From Candidatus Hadarchaeota archaeon (GTDB lineage Archaea; Hadarchaeota; Hadarchaeia; Hadarchaeales; Hadarchaeaceae): a DNA stretch of 32,000 nucleotides. The position numbers and the translations under genes were made by a program. Of this stretch, positions 1-8,264 are shown in pieces. Position 1 is the stretch's first letter; every line of letters begins with the position of its first letter. The notes below the pieces were generated by a model. It saw nothing but the letters and a program-made list of their open reading frames with translations, searched no databases and was not told the DNA's origin. The stretch spans positions 450,001 to 482,000 of the forward strand of contig CAZETV010000001.1 of NCBI GenBank assembly GCA_964514965.1, read 5' to 3'.

Positions 1-67
1 TGCGCCATGAAAATCACCAATTTCTGTGCTAGCTGCGTATTTAACCTTATCGAACCACTTTAAATTG

Positions 68-553
68 ATGCTGATAAAGCGCCGTTATCACGTTAGAAAA
101 GCCCTGCTTAAGCAACTTACACAGGAACTCGTCGAAAAGTTTGGCGAAAAAACGGGCGAACTTTTGAAAGGGGCGATCGAAGTGATGGAGCTGGGCGAGG
201 GCAGGGAAGTCATCTTGGTTAAAAGTAAAGTACTCTTTTTTAGGGTGAGTGATGGAATTTTTCCAACGCTGAACTCACTTGGTCGAATTCCACTAAAGCG
301 TGTAGTCGTTGATATGGGGGCCGTTCCTCACGTCGCCAACGGAGCTGACATTATGGCCCCGGGTGTAGTTTCATCCGACGAGGAAATTACGCTAGGGGAG
401 GGCGTGGTAATCGTGGATGAACGGCACAACAAGCCCATCGCGGTCGGAAAATCTCTTGTACCTGGTGCTAAGATGCGAGGTCCGAAGGGTAAGGTGATCA
501 AGAACCTTCATTACGTGGGCGATGAAATATGGCAGCTTCAAGCAAAGAGTTAA
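68..553 (+). CDS. PUA-domain RNA-binding protein (archaeal MCT-1/Tma20-like)
   Basis: ORF 26..553. C-terminal PUA-like block VVVDMGAVPHVANGADIMAPGV...GEGVVIVDERHNKPIAVGKSL. ATG at 68 lies ~25 nt after a TATTTAA box; GTG at 26 is the longest alternative start. Confidence 0.8.
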   Translation: MLIKRRYHVRKALLKQLTQELVEKFGEKTGELLKGAIEVMELGEGREVILVKSKVLFFRVSDGIFPTLNSLGRIPLKRVVVDMGAVPHVANGADIMAPGVVSSDEEITLGEGVVIVDERHNKPIAVGKSLVPGAKMRGPKGKVIKNLHYVGDEIWQLQAKS

Positions 554-610
554 ATAGATTGAAATCCACCGACCATTTGTTAGGGTGATTATCTGAAATC
601 CTTTAAACGA

Positions 611-979
611 TTGTTCGGGGGAAAATCCAAGGTAAAGCCTGAGACGGTCGAGGAAGTACCGATAATGGAAATTGAGGAAAAGACCGTTAGTAGCCCCTCG
701 AGAGGTGTCAGTGAGCTTGAGCCTATCTACGTCAAGAGTATGGAGCTTCGAAGCCTCGTCGACGTTCAAGAGGTCGCTGACGAACTTCGAACCGGAAACA
801 TCATGGTCCTCGATATCAGCATGCTTATGAATCAAGACCCTGCTGAACTCAAGCGGGCGATAGACCAGCTAAAAGGAATCTGCCAAGCTATCGGTGGGGA
901 TGTGGGGCGTCTGACAGAGTCAAAGGTGTTAGCTACTCCAAAGTTCGTCAATATCCAGTTCAAAAGAGCAATTGCATAA
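611..979 (+). CDS. sepF: SepF-like cell-division protein (DUF552 family)
   Basis: 122 aa. Core IYVKSMELRSLVDVQEVADELRTGNIMVLDISML...PAELKRAIDQLKGICQAIGGDVGRL...ATPKFVNI matches the SepF/DUF552 pattern. TTG start at 611; ATG at 665 is an alternative. Confidence 0.7.
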   Translation: MFGGKSKVKPETVEEVPIMEIEEKTVSSPSRGVSELEPIYVKSMELRSLVDVQEVADELRTGNIMVLDISMLMNQDPAELKRAIDQLKGICQAIGGDVGRLTESKVLATPKFVNIQFKRAIA

Positions 980-993
980 TTTTTGGTGAATTT

Positions 994-1572
994 ATGCGGA
1001 AGAGGGAGTTCCTGCTCCCTATTGAGTGTTGCCCAATTTGCGGAGCCAAAGGCACTTTTCGCGTCAATGGTAGAATCGACCACATCCCATATTTCGGCGA
1101 GATAATGGAGACCTTCGCAAGCTGCACCAGCTGCGAATTCAGGCACACGGATGTCGTGTGTTTAGGCGAGCGTCCCCCTCTACGCTACGAGTTTCAGATC
1201 AAATCCGAAGAAGATCTAAAGGTTAGAGTCGTGAAGTCGAGCACGGGAACAATCAAACTCCCAGAGCTTGGGGTGACAGTAGAGCCAGGGGCCGCGAGCG
1301 AGGGCTATGTGTCGAATATTGAGGGAGTTCTTAATCGTGTAGAGGCGGCAATAAAGCTGGCAATTAAAAAAGTTGATGCTACCAAGCGCCGGCGGGGACA
1401 GGCAAAGCTAAAAAAACTCGATGAGATGCGCGCCGGGAAGCGAAAGGCAAGGCTGATTCTCATGGACCCATTCGGGCACAGCACAATTGTAAACAAACGG
1501 GCCAAGAAACGCGAGTTGACTAAGCGGGAATTGGCATTGCTCAGAGGAAGTCCACACGCTAGTGGAGCCTGA
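994..1572 (+). CDS. ZPR1-type zinc-finger protein
   Basis: CPICG...(24 aa)...CTSCEF zinc ribbon with HIPYFGEIM, then the beta-rich ZPR1 A-domain and a basic C-terminal tail. The 3' end overlaps the convergent aCPSF1 gene by 14 nt. Confidence 0.7.
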   Translation: MRKREFLLPIECCPICGAKGTFRVNGRIDHIPYFGEIMETFASCTSCEFRHTDVVCLGERPPLRYEFQIKSEEDLKVRVVKSSTGTIKLPELGVTVEPGAASEGYVSNIEGVLNRVEAAIKLAIKKVDATKRRRGQAKLKKLDEMRAGKRKARLILMDPFGHSTIVNKRAKKRELTKRELALLRGSPHASGA

Positions 1573-3466
1573 GGGTCTCCAAACTCCGAGGCGCTCTCGT
1601 CTCAACCTTGAAAAGTTTGTGCAGCGCACTTGCTAAGTCGATACACTTGTTTTCATCACCATGGATGCATATGACGCGCTGCGGTTTGGGTGAAACCCTT
1701 CGCACATAGTTCAACAACTGGGCCCGATCCGAGTGCCCGCTGAATCCCTCGACCGTTTGGACTTCTATGTTTACCTTCACTTCCTCTACCCTCCCCTTCT
1801 CGTTGCGTAGGGGAACCTCGCGCCATCCTTTCTGGATGCGTCGCCCGAGTGATCCCTCACACTGGTACCCGACGAAGACAAGGGAATTACGCGGGTCGGG
1901 CGCAAGAGATTTAAAGTATTCGAGTATTGGGCCTCCTGCCATCATCCCTGCCGTCGATATGATCACCGCCGGGTCACCGTCGATTACCTGTGAGCGCTGG
2001 TCTGACCCCTTTACTCGCTCGAAGATATCGGAGAGGAACGGATTCTCGTCTACACGGAATATCCGTTCGCGCAGCTCTGGAGACAAATACTCTGGGTAGG
2101 CCGTGTGGATTGCCGTCGCCTCCCATATCATCCCGTCTAGATAAACTGGCGTCCCATCGAGTAGTCCCTTTCGCTTGTAATCCTCAAGCAGTACCATAAT
2201 CTCCTGCGCGCGCCCAACTGCGAATGCTGGCACGATAACCTTGCCCCCACGCTTCGTGGTCTCAGTCACTATCCGAATGAATTCCTTCTCAGCATTTACG
2301 CGGAAGGGCTGGATGTCCTCAGCACCTCCGTATGTGCTATCCATGACGAGAGTCTCCAATCGAGGAAACGTGCAGACGGCAGGAGAAAATAGGCGCGTAT
2401 GGTCGAACTTCAAGTCTCCCGTGTACACGAGGTTGTATACTCCCTCACCAATGTGGATGTGCGCAATCGAGGAACCCAAAATATGACCCGCGTTATGAAA
2501 AGTAATCCGGACATCGGGTGCTATGTCAGTCACATCACTGTAATCGAGCGGAATGCAGTGACGAAGGAAAGTATTGATGTCGCGCTTGTTGTAAGGGAGT
2601 GGTCGATTCTCACGCTCAGCTATGCCCACGTAGTCCAGCTGAAGAAGTACGGCGAGGTCACGTGTGGCCGGAGTACAATAGACGGGCCCTTCGAACCCGT
2701 ACTTGAAAAGATAAGGGACGAACCCGCAATGGTCGAGATGAGCATGTGTGAGAATCACAGCATCCAGTTCAGGCAACCTAATCTCTGGAATCTCAAGGTG
2801 GGGAAAAGCCCGATCCTCAGACGCGACATTTACACCGCAATCAATAATGACTCGGCTCTCAGGAGTCTGGAGCAAAAACGAGGAGCGCCCAACCTCGCGC
2901 GACCCCCCCAGAGTCGTGAAGCGAATCCAGTCGCCCTTGCTCTTGGGCTCGCGGTGTATCCGCCTTCCTATCTTCCGCAGAATGTCGCGTCTCTTGACAC
3001 CACCTTGGATTATCGAGAGGCGAATATTCCGCACAATTTCGGATTTAATAGGTGGCGCCCGCACCACCCGAGGCGTCCAGCTGATTTTCTGCATTATCTC
3101 GCGGAGTAATGAGCCGCCCTTGCCTATGGCTATTCCTGGTTTTTGTGCCTCAATGGTAACTTCTCCCACATCCTGGCTGAAAATTATATCTGTTATCCCA
3201 GCCTCTGTAGGGACAAGGCATCGGATTTCTTTTTCGGCTTTCTTAGGCTCGGTCAAGATTTTAGGATCTGGGCGGAGAATTATTCGTTTCCGAATTTTAC
3301 GTGCGAACTCCTTTATCACTTCGCCATTCTCCATCAGAAGACCAAGGTTCTTGCAGTAGAACACGACCCTCGGGCCCTCGAAATCTACATCAGAGATTGC
3401 ACTGGCGAAAGGTGTCTCCTTTCGCACAATTCGCTTAATCTCTTGTAATAGCTCTTCCGCAGCCAT
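1559..3466 (-). CDS. fttA: aCPSF1/FttA: KH-domain, metallo-beta-lactamase, beta-CASP ribonuclease (archaeal transcription termination factor)
   Basis: N-terminal KH-like region (IAIGKGGS), MBL signature THAHLDHCG, beta-CASP region, C-terminal GHSD motif; about 635 aa as expected. ATG at 3466 preferred over TTG at 3502. TAG stop. Confidence 0.9.
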   Translation of the reverse strand: MAAEELLQEIKRIVRKETPFASAISDVDFEGPRVVFYCKNLGLLMENGEVIKEFARKIRKRIILRPDPKILTEPKKAEKEIRCLVPTEAGITDIIFSQDVGEVTIEAQKPGIAIGKGGSLLREIMQKISWTPRVVRAPPIKSEIVRNIRLSIIQGGVKRRDILRKIGRRIHREPKSKGDWIRFTTLGGSREVGRSSFLLQTPESRVIIDCGVNVASEDRAFPHLEIPEIRLPELDAVILTHAHLDHCGFVPYLFKYGFEGPVYCTPATRDLAVLLQLDYVGIAERENRPLPYNKRDINTFLRHCIPLDYSDVTDIAPDVRITFHNAGHILGSSIAHIHIGEGVYNLVYTGDLKFDHTRLFSPAVCTFPRLETLVMDSTYGGAEDIQPFRVNAEKEFIRIVTETTKRGGKVIVPAFAVGRAQEIMVLLEDYKRKGLLDGTPVYLDGMIWEATAIHTAYPEYLSPELRERIFRVDENPFLSDIFERVKGSDQRSQVIDGDPAVIISTAGMMAGGPILEYFKSLAPDPRNSLVFVGYQCEGSLGRRIQKGWREVPLRNEKGRVEEVKVNIEVQTVEGFSGHSDRAQLLNYVRRVSPKPQRVICIHGDENKCIDLASALHKLFKVETRAPRSLETLRLH

Positions 3467-3503
3467 GCGTTTCCCTTTTAAGCAGTTATTTAAAGTAGCC
3501 AAT

Positions 3504-4169
3504 TTAAGCCAATTTTCTAATCTCTTCGAGCGAAAGTTCGCGATATTCTTTACTTGTTATCGCCGCAACCATAACTTCGTTGCCCGTGGCGATATCGCGC
3601 TTCATCGCCGTTTTTACAGCCCTGATTGCAATGGGTAAAACCTCCTCGATACCCATGCCCTCCTTGAACTCGTTTTCGAGCACACCATATGCAACTGGCG
3701 AACCCGAACCCGTAGCCACCATGGTTTCCTCATTCAGAGTACCATCGATGTCGACGAAAAATAACCTAGGGCCAGAATCATCAAAACCTCCAACCAGCAA
3801 GTTCGCGATGTATGGGAGTAAGCCGTACGAACGGATGGTATTAGCGACGAGTCTGGCACTTGCCCGTACATTCATTGGAATTCCTTCACGCAGCAGGTAA
3901 TAGCTGGCCTCGGCTTGGAGTGTGCTTACCAAGCTCTGAGTATCCGCGACCCCTCCCGCGGTGGTGACGCCGATGGTATTAGTTATTTTAAACAACTTCC
4001 GCGCTCGCTTGCTTGCCACGAGATAACCCATCGTGGCCCGGGTGTCCGTAGCTAACACTACTCCGTCTCGGCAAACGAGCCCGACCGTCGTCGTTCCCTC
4101 AAGATGCTTAAGCTTTGATTTTTCCAATCTAATCCCTCGCTGGAAAAAATGCTGCACTAGAAGCAGCAA
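3504..4169 (-). CDS. psmB: proteasome subunit beta
   Basis: Propeptide followed by the catalytic-Thr N-terminus G|TTTVGLVCRDGVVLATDTRAT, and a GSGS motif. Start (TTG 4169 or GVG-type alternatives nearby) uncertain. Confidence 0.9.
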   Translation of the reverse strand: MLLLVQHFFQRGIRLEKSKLKHLEGTTTVGLVCRDGVVLATDTRATMGYLVASKRARKLFKITNTIGVTTAGGVADTQSLVSTLQAEASYYLLREGIPMNVRASARLVANTIRSYGLLPYIANLLVGGFDDSGPRLFFVDIDGTLNEETMVATGSGSPVAYGVLENEFKEGMGIEEVLPIAIRAVKTAMKRDIATGNEVMVAAITSKEYRELSLEEIRKLA

Positions 4170-4229
4170 TTTAGTGCTGGCGTTAACTGTATATAAAGTT
4201 TATCAGCAAACAGAAGTTCGGTAAAACTG

Positions 4230-5276
4230 ATGAAAGAACCCAAACGTATAGAGCTGCCTCGTGAGGTCTGGATAGGCCCACACGTGATTGCGCAAGTCAC
4301 TGACGTTTGCAAACGCTTGTGTCCCGGCAAACACGCTTTAATACTCGCAGACACCACGACTTTCAAACTGGTTGGAGCTGGAGTTCAGCGTTCACTTAAG
4401 CGTGGCGGTTTTGATGTCGAGTACTCGTTAGTAAAGCAGGCCAATATGGCAACCGTAGCCAAAGTGTGCAAACTCGCCAAAGACAAAGCAAACTTTCTGC
4501 TGGGTGTCGGAGGCGGCACATGCATAGATGTTGCAAAGCTAGCCTCGTTCAAGGAGGGCAAGCCCTTCGTTTCAGTACCCACTGCTGCTTCTCATGATGG
4601 CATCGCATCATCTAGAGCCTCAATCAAGGGTGGACGAAAACCGACTTCAATAGAAACTCACGCTCCCATCGCAATCATCGCAGACACGCTTATCATAAAA
4701 CGCGCGCCTCACCGACTGCTCGCAGCTGGTTGCGGAGACCTCGTGGCGAACTTCACAGCAGTCCGTGACTGGGAACTCGCACATCGATTGTTTGGCGAGC
4801 CCTACAGTGAACATGCTGCAGCTCTCTCGCTCCTTAGTTCCCAGATTGTGATGGAGAATGCCAAACTCATTAAAAAACACTCTGAAGAAAGTGTGCGCAA
4901 GGTCGTGAAGGCGCTAATTTCGAGCAGCGTAGCAATGGGAATCGCTGGGAGCAGCCGTCCAGCGAGTGGCGCAGAACATTTGTTTAGTCACGCACTCGAT
5001 CAGCTCACCCCCAAACCTGCGCTCCATGGTGAGCAATGTGGTGTCGGGACGATTATGATGACATACTTGCATGGAGAGGACTGGCAAACAATCCGCGAAG
5101 CGCTCCGCACGATAGGATGCCCTACGAACGCGAAGGAACTCGGCATTCCAGCGAAATGCATAGTTAAAGCTCTTACCACGGCTCATCAGATAAGACCTGA
5201 ACGCTACACTGTGCTAGGGTCTGGGTTGAACAAACTCGCAGCAGAGCGGCTGGCGAGAAAAACAGGAGTAATTTAG
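4230..5276 (+). CDS. egsA: sn-glycerol-1-phosphate dehydrogenase [NAD(P)+]
   Basis: GGGTCIDVAK nucleotide-binding loop, PTAASHDGIASSRASI, and a HALD...HGEQCG metal site, all typical of archaeal G1PDH. TATATAAA box ~32 nt upstream. Confidence 0.9.
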   Translation: MKEPKRIELPREVWIGPHVIAQVTDVCKRLCPGKHALILADTTTFKLVGAGVQRSLKRGGFDVEYSLVKQANMATVAKVCKLAKDKANFLLGVGGGTCIDVAKLASFKEGKPFVSVPTAASHDGIASSRASIKGGRKPTSIETHAPIAIIADTLIIKRAPHRLLAAGCGDLVANFTAVRDWELAHRLFGEPYSEHAAALSLLSSQIVMENAKLIKKHSEESVRKVVKALISSSVAMGIAGSSRPASGAEHLFSHALDQLTPKPALHGEQCGVGTIMMTYLHGEDWQTIREALRTIGCPTNAKELGIPAKCIVKALTTAHQIRPERYTVLGSGLNKLAAERLARKTGVI

Positions 5277-5294
5277 TTTGGTGAGTTTAACTCT

Positions 5295-5477
5295 TCACTC
5301 ACTATCGACTCCAACCATTTTTCCTGCTTTTCCCAGCAAGCTTCCCGCCCTCAATGATAAATGAACTTCGCTATCCAAATTTCTGACAGCCGTATATTGA
5401 CGAACTGATCCACGAGAACAATTTAAGCCTTGAAGAACAGCAAAAAGCTGTGTTACTTCGGTACTTCTCTCATTCAT
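5295..5477 (-). CDS. hypothetical small protein (60 aa)
   Basis: ATG ORF starting 8 nt after the stop of the upstream same-strand phosphoesterase gene. No recognisable motif; composition plausible but unsupported. Confidence 0.25.
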   Translation of the reverse strand: MNERSTEVTQLFAVLQGLNCSRGSVRQYTAVRNLDSEVHLSLRAGSLLGKAGKMVGVDSE

Positions 5478-5485
5478 CTTAACCG

Positions 5486-6148
5486 CTAGAGTTCAAGCAA
5501 TTTGGCCTGAATTTCATCGGTGCCGTTTATCGCTATCTCGGCGGCATAACCCTTGCTGATTGGCCCGGGGTTAACCATCAGGGTTCGCCCCAACTTGTCG
5601 GTGTTTCGAGCCTCGTGCACATGACCGCAGAGCGCCAACAACGGCTGTTTCTGCTCGATGAACTTGCGTATGCTCTTGCTCCCAACATGAGTACCATCAG
5701 CAATCTGATCGAGCTTAGTGTCATAAGGCGGAGCGTGAGTAATCAATATCCGGTTGTCGTCGGGAGTGCAGGCTAGAGCCGCCAATTCTTCTTGGATCTC
5801 CACCTCGGTGAGTTCAAAGAGAGTGTTAAAAGGAGTTAAATTAGACCCTCCTAGCCCCACGAAGGTGATGTCGCCGAGCCGCTCGCACTTTCCGTGAAGG
5901 TTTACCCCGTACTTATCGAGCACTTGCAGGATTTGCTTGGGATCACAATTTCCCGGTACCACAAATGTTGACACGCCCATCGTCTTGAGCCGCTCAAGCA
6001 AGCTCTCAGCGAGATTAGCTGGGCCGAAGTTCGTAAGGTCACCTATAAGCACGAGACAATCATAGCTGCGTTCGAGAAACTTCAAAAGGTTTTGCTCGCC
6101 GTTCGAACTACCGTGGAAGTCGGCAACTGCTAAAATCTTCAACTGCAC
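5486..6148 (-). CDS. metallophosphoesterase family protein
   Basis: Calcineurin-like phosphoesterase motifs in order: AVADFHG, GDLTNFG, GNCD, HAPP, GHVH. Confidence 0.85.
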   Translation of the reverse strand: MQLKILAVADFHGSSNGEQNLLKFLERSYDCLVLIGDLTNFGPANLAESLLERLKTMGVSTFVVPGNCDPKQILQVLDKYGVNLHGKCERLGDITFVGLGGSNLTPFNTLFELTEVEIQEELAALACTPDDNRILITHAPPYDTKLDQIADGTHVGSKSIRKFIEQKQPLLALCGHVHEARNTDKLGRTLMVNPGPISKGYAAEIAINGTDEIQAKLLEL

Positions 6149-6199
6149 ACCGAAGTTTATAGGCGACAGAGAGCATTAAAAGTGTTTTGGGTCTTAAAA

Positions 6200-7285
6200 A
6201 TGGTAAATATGTTGCTGGAGAAGTTTAGAGATCGCGTTTTGGCAACTCGAATCCTGCGGAGAATCAGAGAGCTCAGCCCAAATCGCAAAGTAAAATTCAT
6301 GCATGTGTGCGGAAGTCACGAGCTAACCATCACAAAATTTGGTCTTCGCTCAATTTCTCCCGATTGGCTCGAAGTGATTAGCGGTCCCGGCTGTCCAGTT
6401 TGTGTAACAAACGTGGGGGAAATAGACGAAGCGATTGAGCTTGCCCAACAGGGACATATCATCACCACCTTTGGCGACATGCTTCAGGTCCCCGGAACCC
6501 CAAATTCGCTCTCTGGCGCAAAGACCGAAGGAGCTGATATCAGGATAGTCTACGGTGTGGCGGATGCAGTCGAAACGGCGCGACGAAATCCTGGGCGAGA
6601 AGTCATCCACGCGGCCGTTGGGTTTGAGACAACTGCCCCCACCACTGCCTCCGAACTCCTTCGCGAACCCCCCGAGAATTTCAGCTTACTCGTGTGTCAC
6701 CGCCTAATCCCTCCCGCGATGAAATTTCTGCTCGCGTCCGGGGAGGCCGCACTTGACGGGTTCATCTGCCCAGGCCATGTCTCGACTATCATCGGTTCTA
6801 GACCCTACGAGCCTCTCTCAAAGCGCTACGGGGTACCACAGGTAATAGCTGGATTTGAGCCTATCGATATCCTGCTCGGGGTCTGGATGTTGTTGAAGCA
6901 GTTGCACGAGGGGAAGGGCGAAGTGGAGATTGAATACACCCGCTCAGTCAGCCCAGAGGGAAATGTGGTGGCACAAGAAAAAATGCGTGAGGTGTTCAAA
7001 ATTGTAGACAAGCGATGGCGCGGCTTCCCGGTAATCCCTAAGTCGGCCCTTCAGTTAAAGCGTGAGTTCAAAGAGTATGACGCACGTGCAAGATTTGATG
7101 TTCATGTGGAGAGCATGGCAGATTTCGCAAAGGGATGCCGGTGCGGTGAGGTACTCAGAGGGCTAATCCACCCCAGTGAATGCCCGCTGTTTAACAAAAC
7201 GTGCACCCCAGAGCACCCAGTAGGACCATGTGCCGTAACTACAGAGGGCACATGCAATATAGCAATGAAGCATCAACCATCATAA
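6200..7285 (+). CDS. hypD: [NiFe]-hydrogenase maturation protein HypD
   Basis: FMHVCGSHE, GPGCPVCV, GFETTAP, CPGHVSTIIG and C-terminal CRCGEV...CPLF...CTPEHPVGPCAVTTEGTC cysteine motifs. First ATG at 6200; GTG at 6182 is the longest ORF. Confidence 0.9.
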   Translation: MVNMLLEKFRDRVLATRILRRIRELSPNRKVKFMHVCGSHELTITKFGLRSISPDWLEVISGPGCPVCVTNVGEIDEAIELAQQGHIITTFGDMLQVPGTPNSLSGAKTEGADIRIVYGVADAVETARRNPGREVIHAAVGFETTAPTTASELLREPPENFSLLVCHRLIPPAMKFLLASGEAALDGFICPGHVSTIIGSRPYEPLSKRYGVPQVIAGFEPIDILLGVWMLLKQLHEGKGEVEIEYTRSVSPEGNVVAQEKMREVFKIVDKRWRGFPVIPKSALQLKREFKEYDARARFDVHVESMADFAKGCRCGEVLRGLIHPSECPLFNKTCTPEHPVGPCAVTTEGTCNIAMKHQPS

Positions 7286-7523
7286 TCTTACATCATCTTT
7301 TCCTCTCGGGCAATCGATTACATAGGGCTTAGAATTAACATCTAGTATTTAGACGCGAGGATTAAATCAGCATAAATACCGCCAATTTTTCATTTAAAGA
7401 CGCATATTTTTCAATTTTTGGATTTATATGGAAATATACGGTTATTTTTGGCAAAATAGTTAAAAATTGATTACTTTTGTTGATTTAGAGGAAAATTTTT
7501 ATACCACTTGCCCATAATTTAGC

Positions 7524-8264
7524 TTGTTCTTGGTGATTGAGTTGGCCGCAGCAAAGAAAAAAGTTACTGAAATCCTCAGCTCGATCCGCAAAGAGGGAAG
7601 ACTTAAGTTAACGGAACTCGATTCCAAGCGGATTCTCGCTGTCTGGGGGGTGCCAGTAAATCGAACTGAGCTTGCCCATGACCTAAGCGAGGCCATTAAA
7701 GCTGCAAGAGAGGTTCGTTATCCTCTCGTCTTAAAAATTGCTTCTCCTGACATCATTCATAAAAGCAGAGCTAATGGCATCAAAGTTGGATTAACCTCGG
7801 AACTGGAGCTTCGACAATCGTTTAATGAACTAATCGATAACGTCCGCGCATACAAGCCCGGCGCAAAAATTCTCGGAGTGACAATCCAAGAATATCTCCC
7901 TCCTGCCCGCGAAGTGATCGTGGGCGCTCTGCAGGACCCCTCCTTCGGCGCTACGGTGAAGTTCGGGTTAGCTGGCGTATGGACCGAGGTATTTAATGAC
8001 ACCAGCTTCAGATTAGCTCCGCTCAACGCTGAGGATGCGCGCGAGATGATTCAAGAGATTAAGGGCTACCCCGTGCTTGCAGGCATTCAGAAGGCGCCCC
8101 CAGCCGACATCAATGCGCTCATTGACATAGCTCAAAAGGTCGGACAGCTAGCACACGAGTTTCCTGAATTAACCGAGATAGAGCTGAACCCAATTTTTGT
8201 GTTTGATAACGGGAAGGGCGCGATAACAGCCGACGCCCGGATAGTCCTTGGGGGGAGCAAGTAA
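7524..8264 (+). CDS. ADP-forming acyl-CoA synthetase (ACD) beta subunit, ATP-grasp domain
   Basis: YPLVLKIASPDIIHKSRANGIKVGL (contains the HKS histidine), FGATVKFGLAGVWTEVFNDTSFRLAP, ELNPIF. Stop overlaps the ATG of the next gene (TAATG). Start is among clustered TTG/GTG codons 7524-7542, ~22 nt after a TTTTTATA box. Confidence 0.8.
   Translation: MFLVIELAAAKKKVTEILSSIRKEGRLKLTELDSKRILAVWGVPVNRTELAHDLSEAIKAAREVRYPLVLKIASPDIIHKSRANGIKVGLTSELELRQSFNELIDNVRAYKPGAKILGVTIQEYLPPAREVIVGALQDPSFGATVKFGLAGVWTEVFNDTSFRLAPLNAEDAREMIQEIKGYPVLAGIQKAPPADINALIDIAQKVGQLAHEFPELTEIELNPIFVFDNGKGAITADARIVLGGSK

Noticed and set aside
1-8. Apparent minus-strand gene start (ATG at 8..6 preceded by GGTGAT SD and a TTAAATA box) running off the left edge
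   Set aside because: Only 8 nt of coding sequence lie in the window, so the feature cannot be supported or named.
392-1148. Minus-strand ORFs of 147, 104 and 62 aa antisense to the PUA, SepF and ZPR1 genes
   Set aside because: They are shadow ORFs opposite well-supported plus-strand genes and have no motifs. The same applies to the many 60-240-aa ORFs antisense to aCPSF1, polB, nop5, the DPD-like gene and others in the track.
1559-1572. Convergent 3'-end overlaps (ZPR1/aCPSF1 by 14 nt; polB/tfx by 8 nt at 27985-27992) as possible antisense regulation
   Set aside because: Short convergent overlaps are common in compact archaeal genomes and depend on exact stop positions only. Nothing in the sequence indicates a regulatory role.
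7286-7523. 238-bp very AT-rich spacer with several TATA-like boxes, considered as a replication origin
   Set aside because: There are no ORB-like inverted repeats flanking an unwinding element and no orc1/cdc6 gene nearby. It is most simply the HypD terminator region plus the ACD promoter (TTTTTATA at about 7496-7503).
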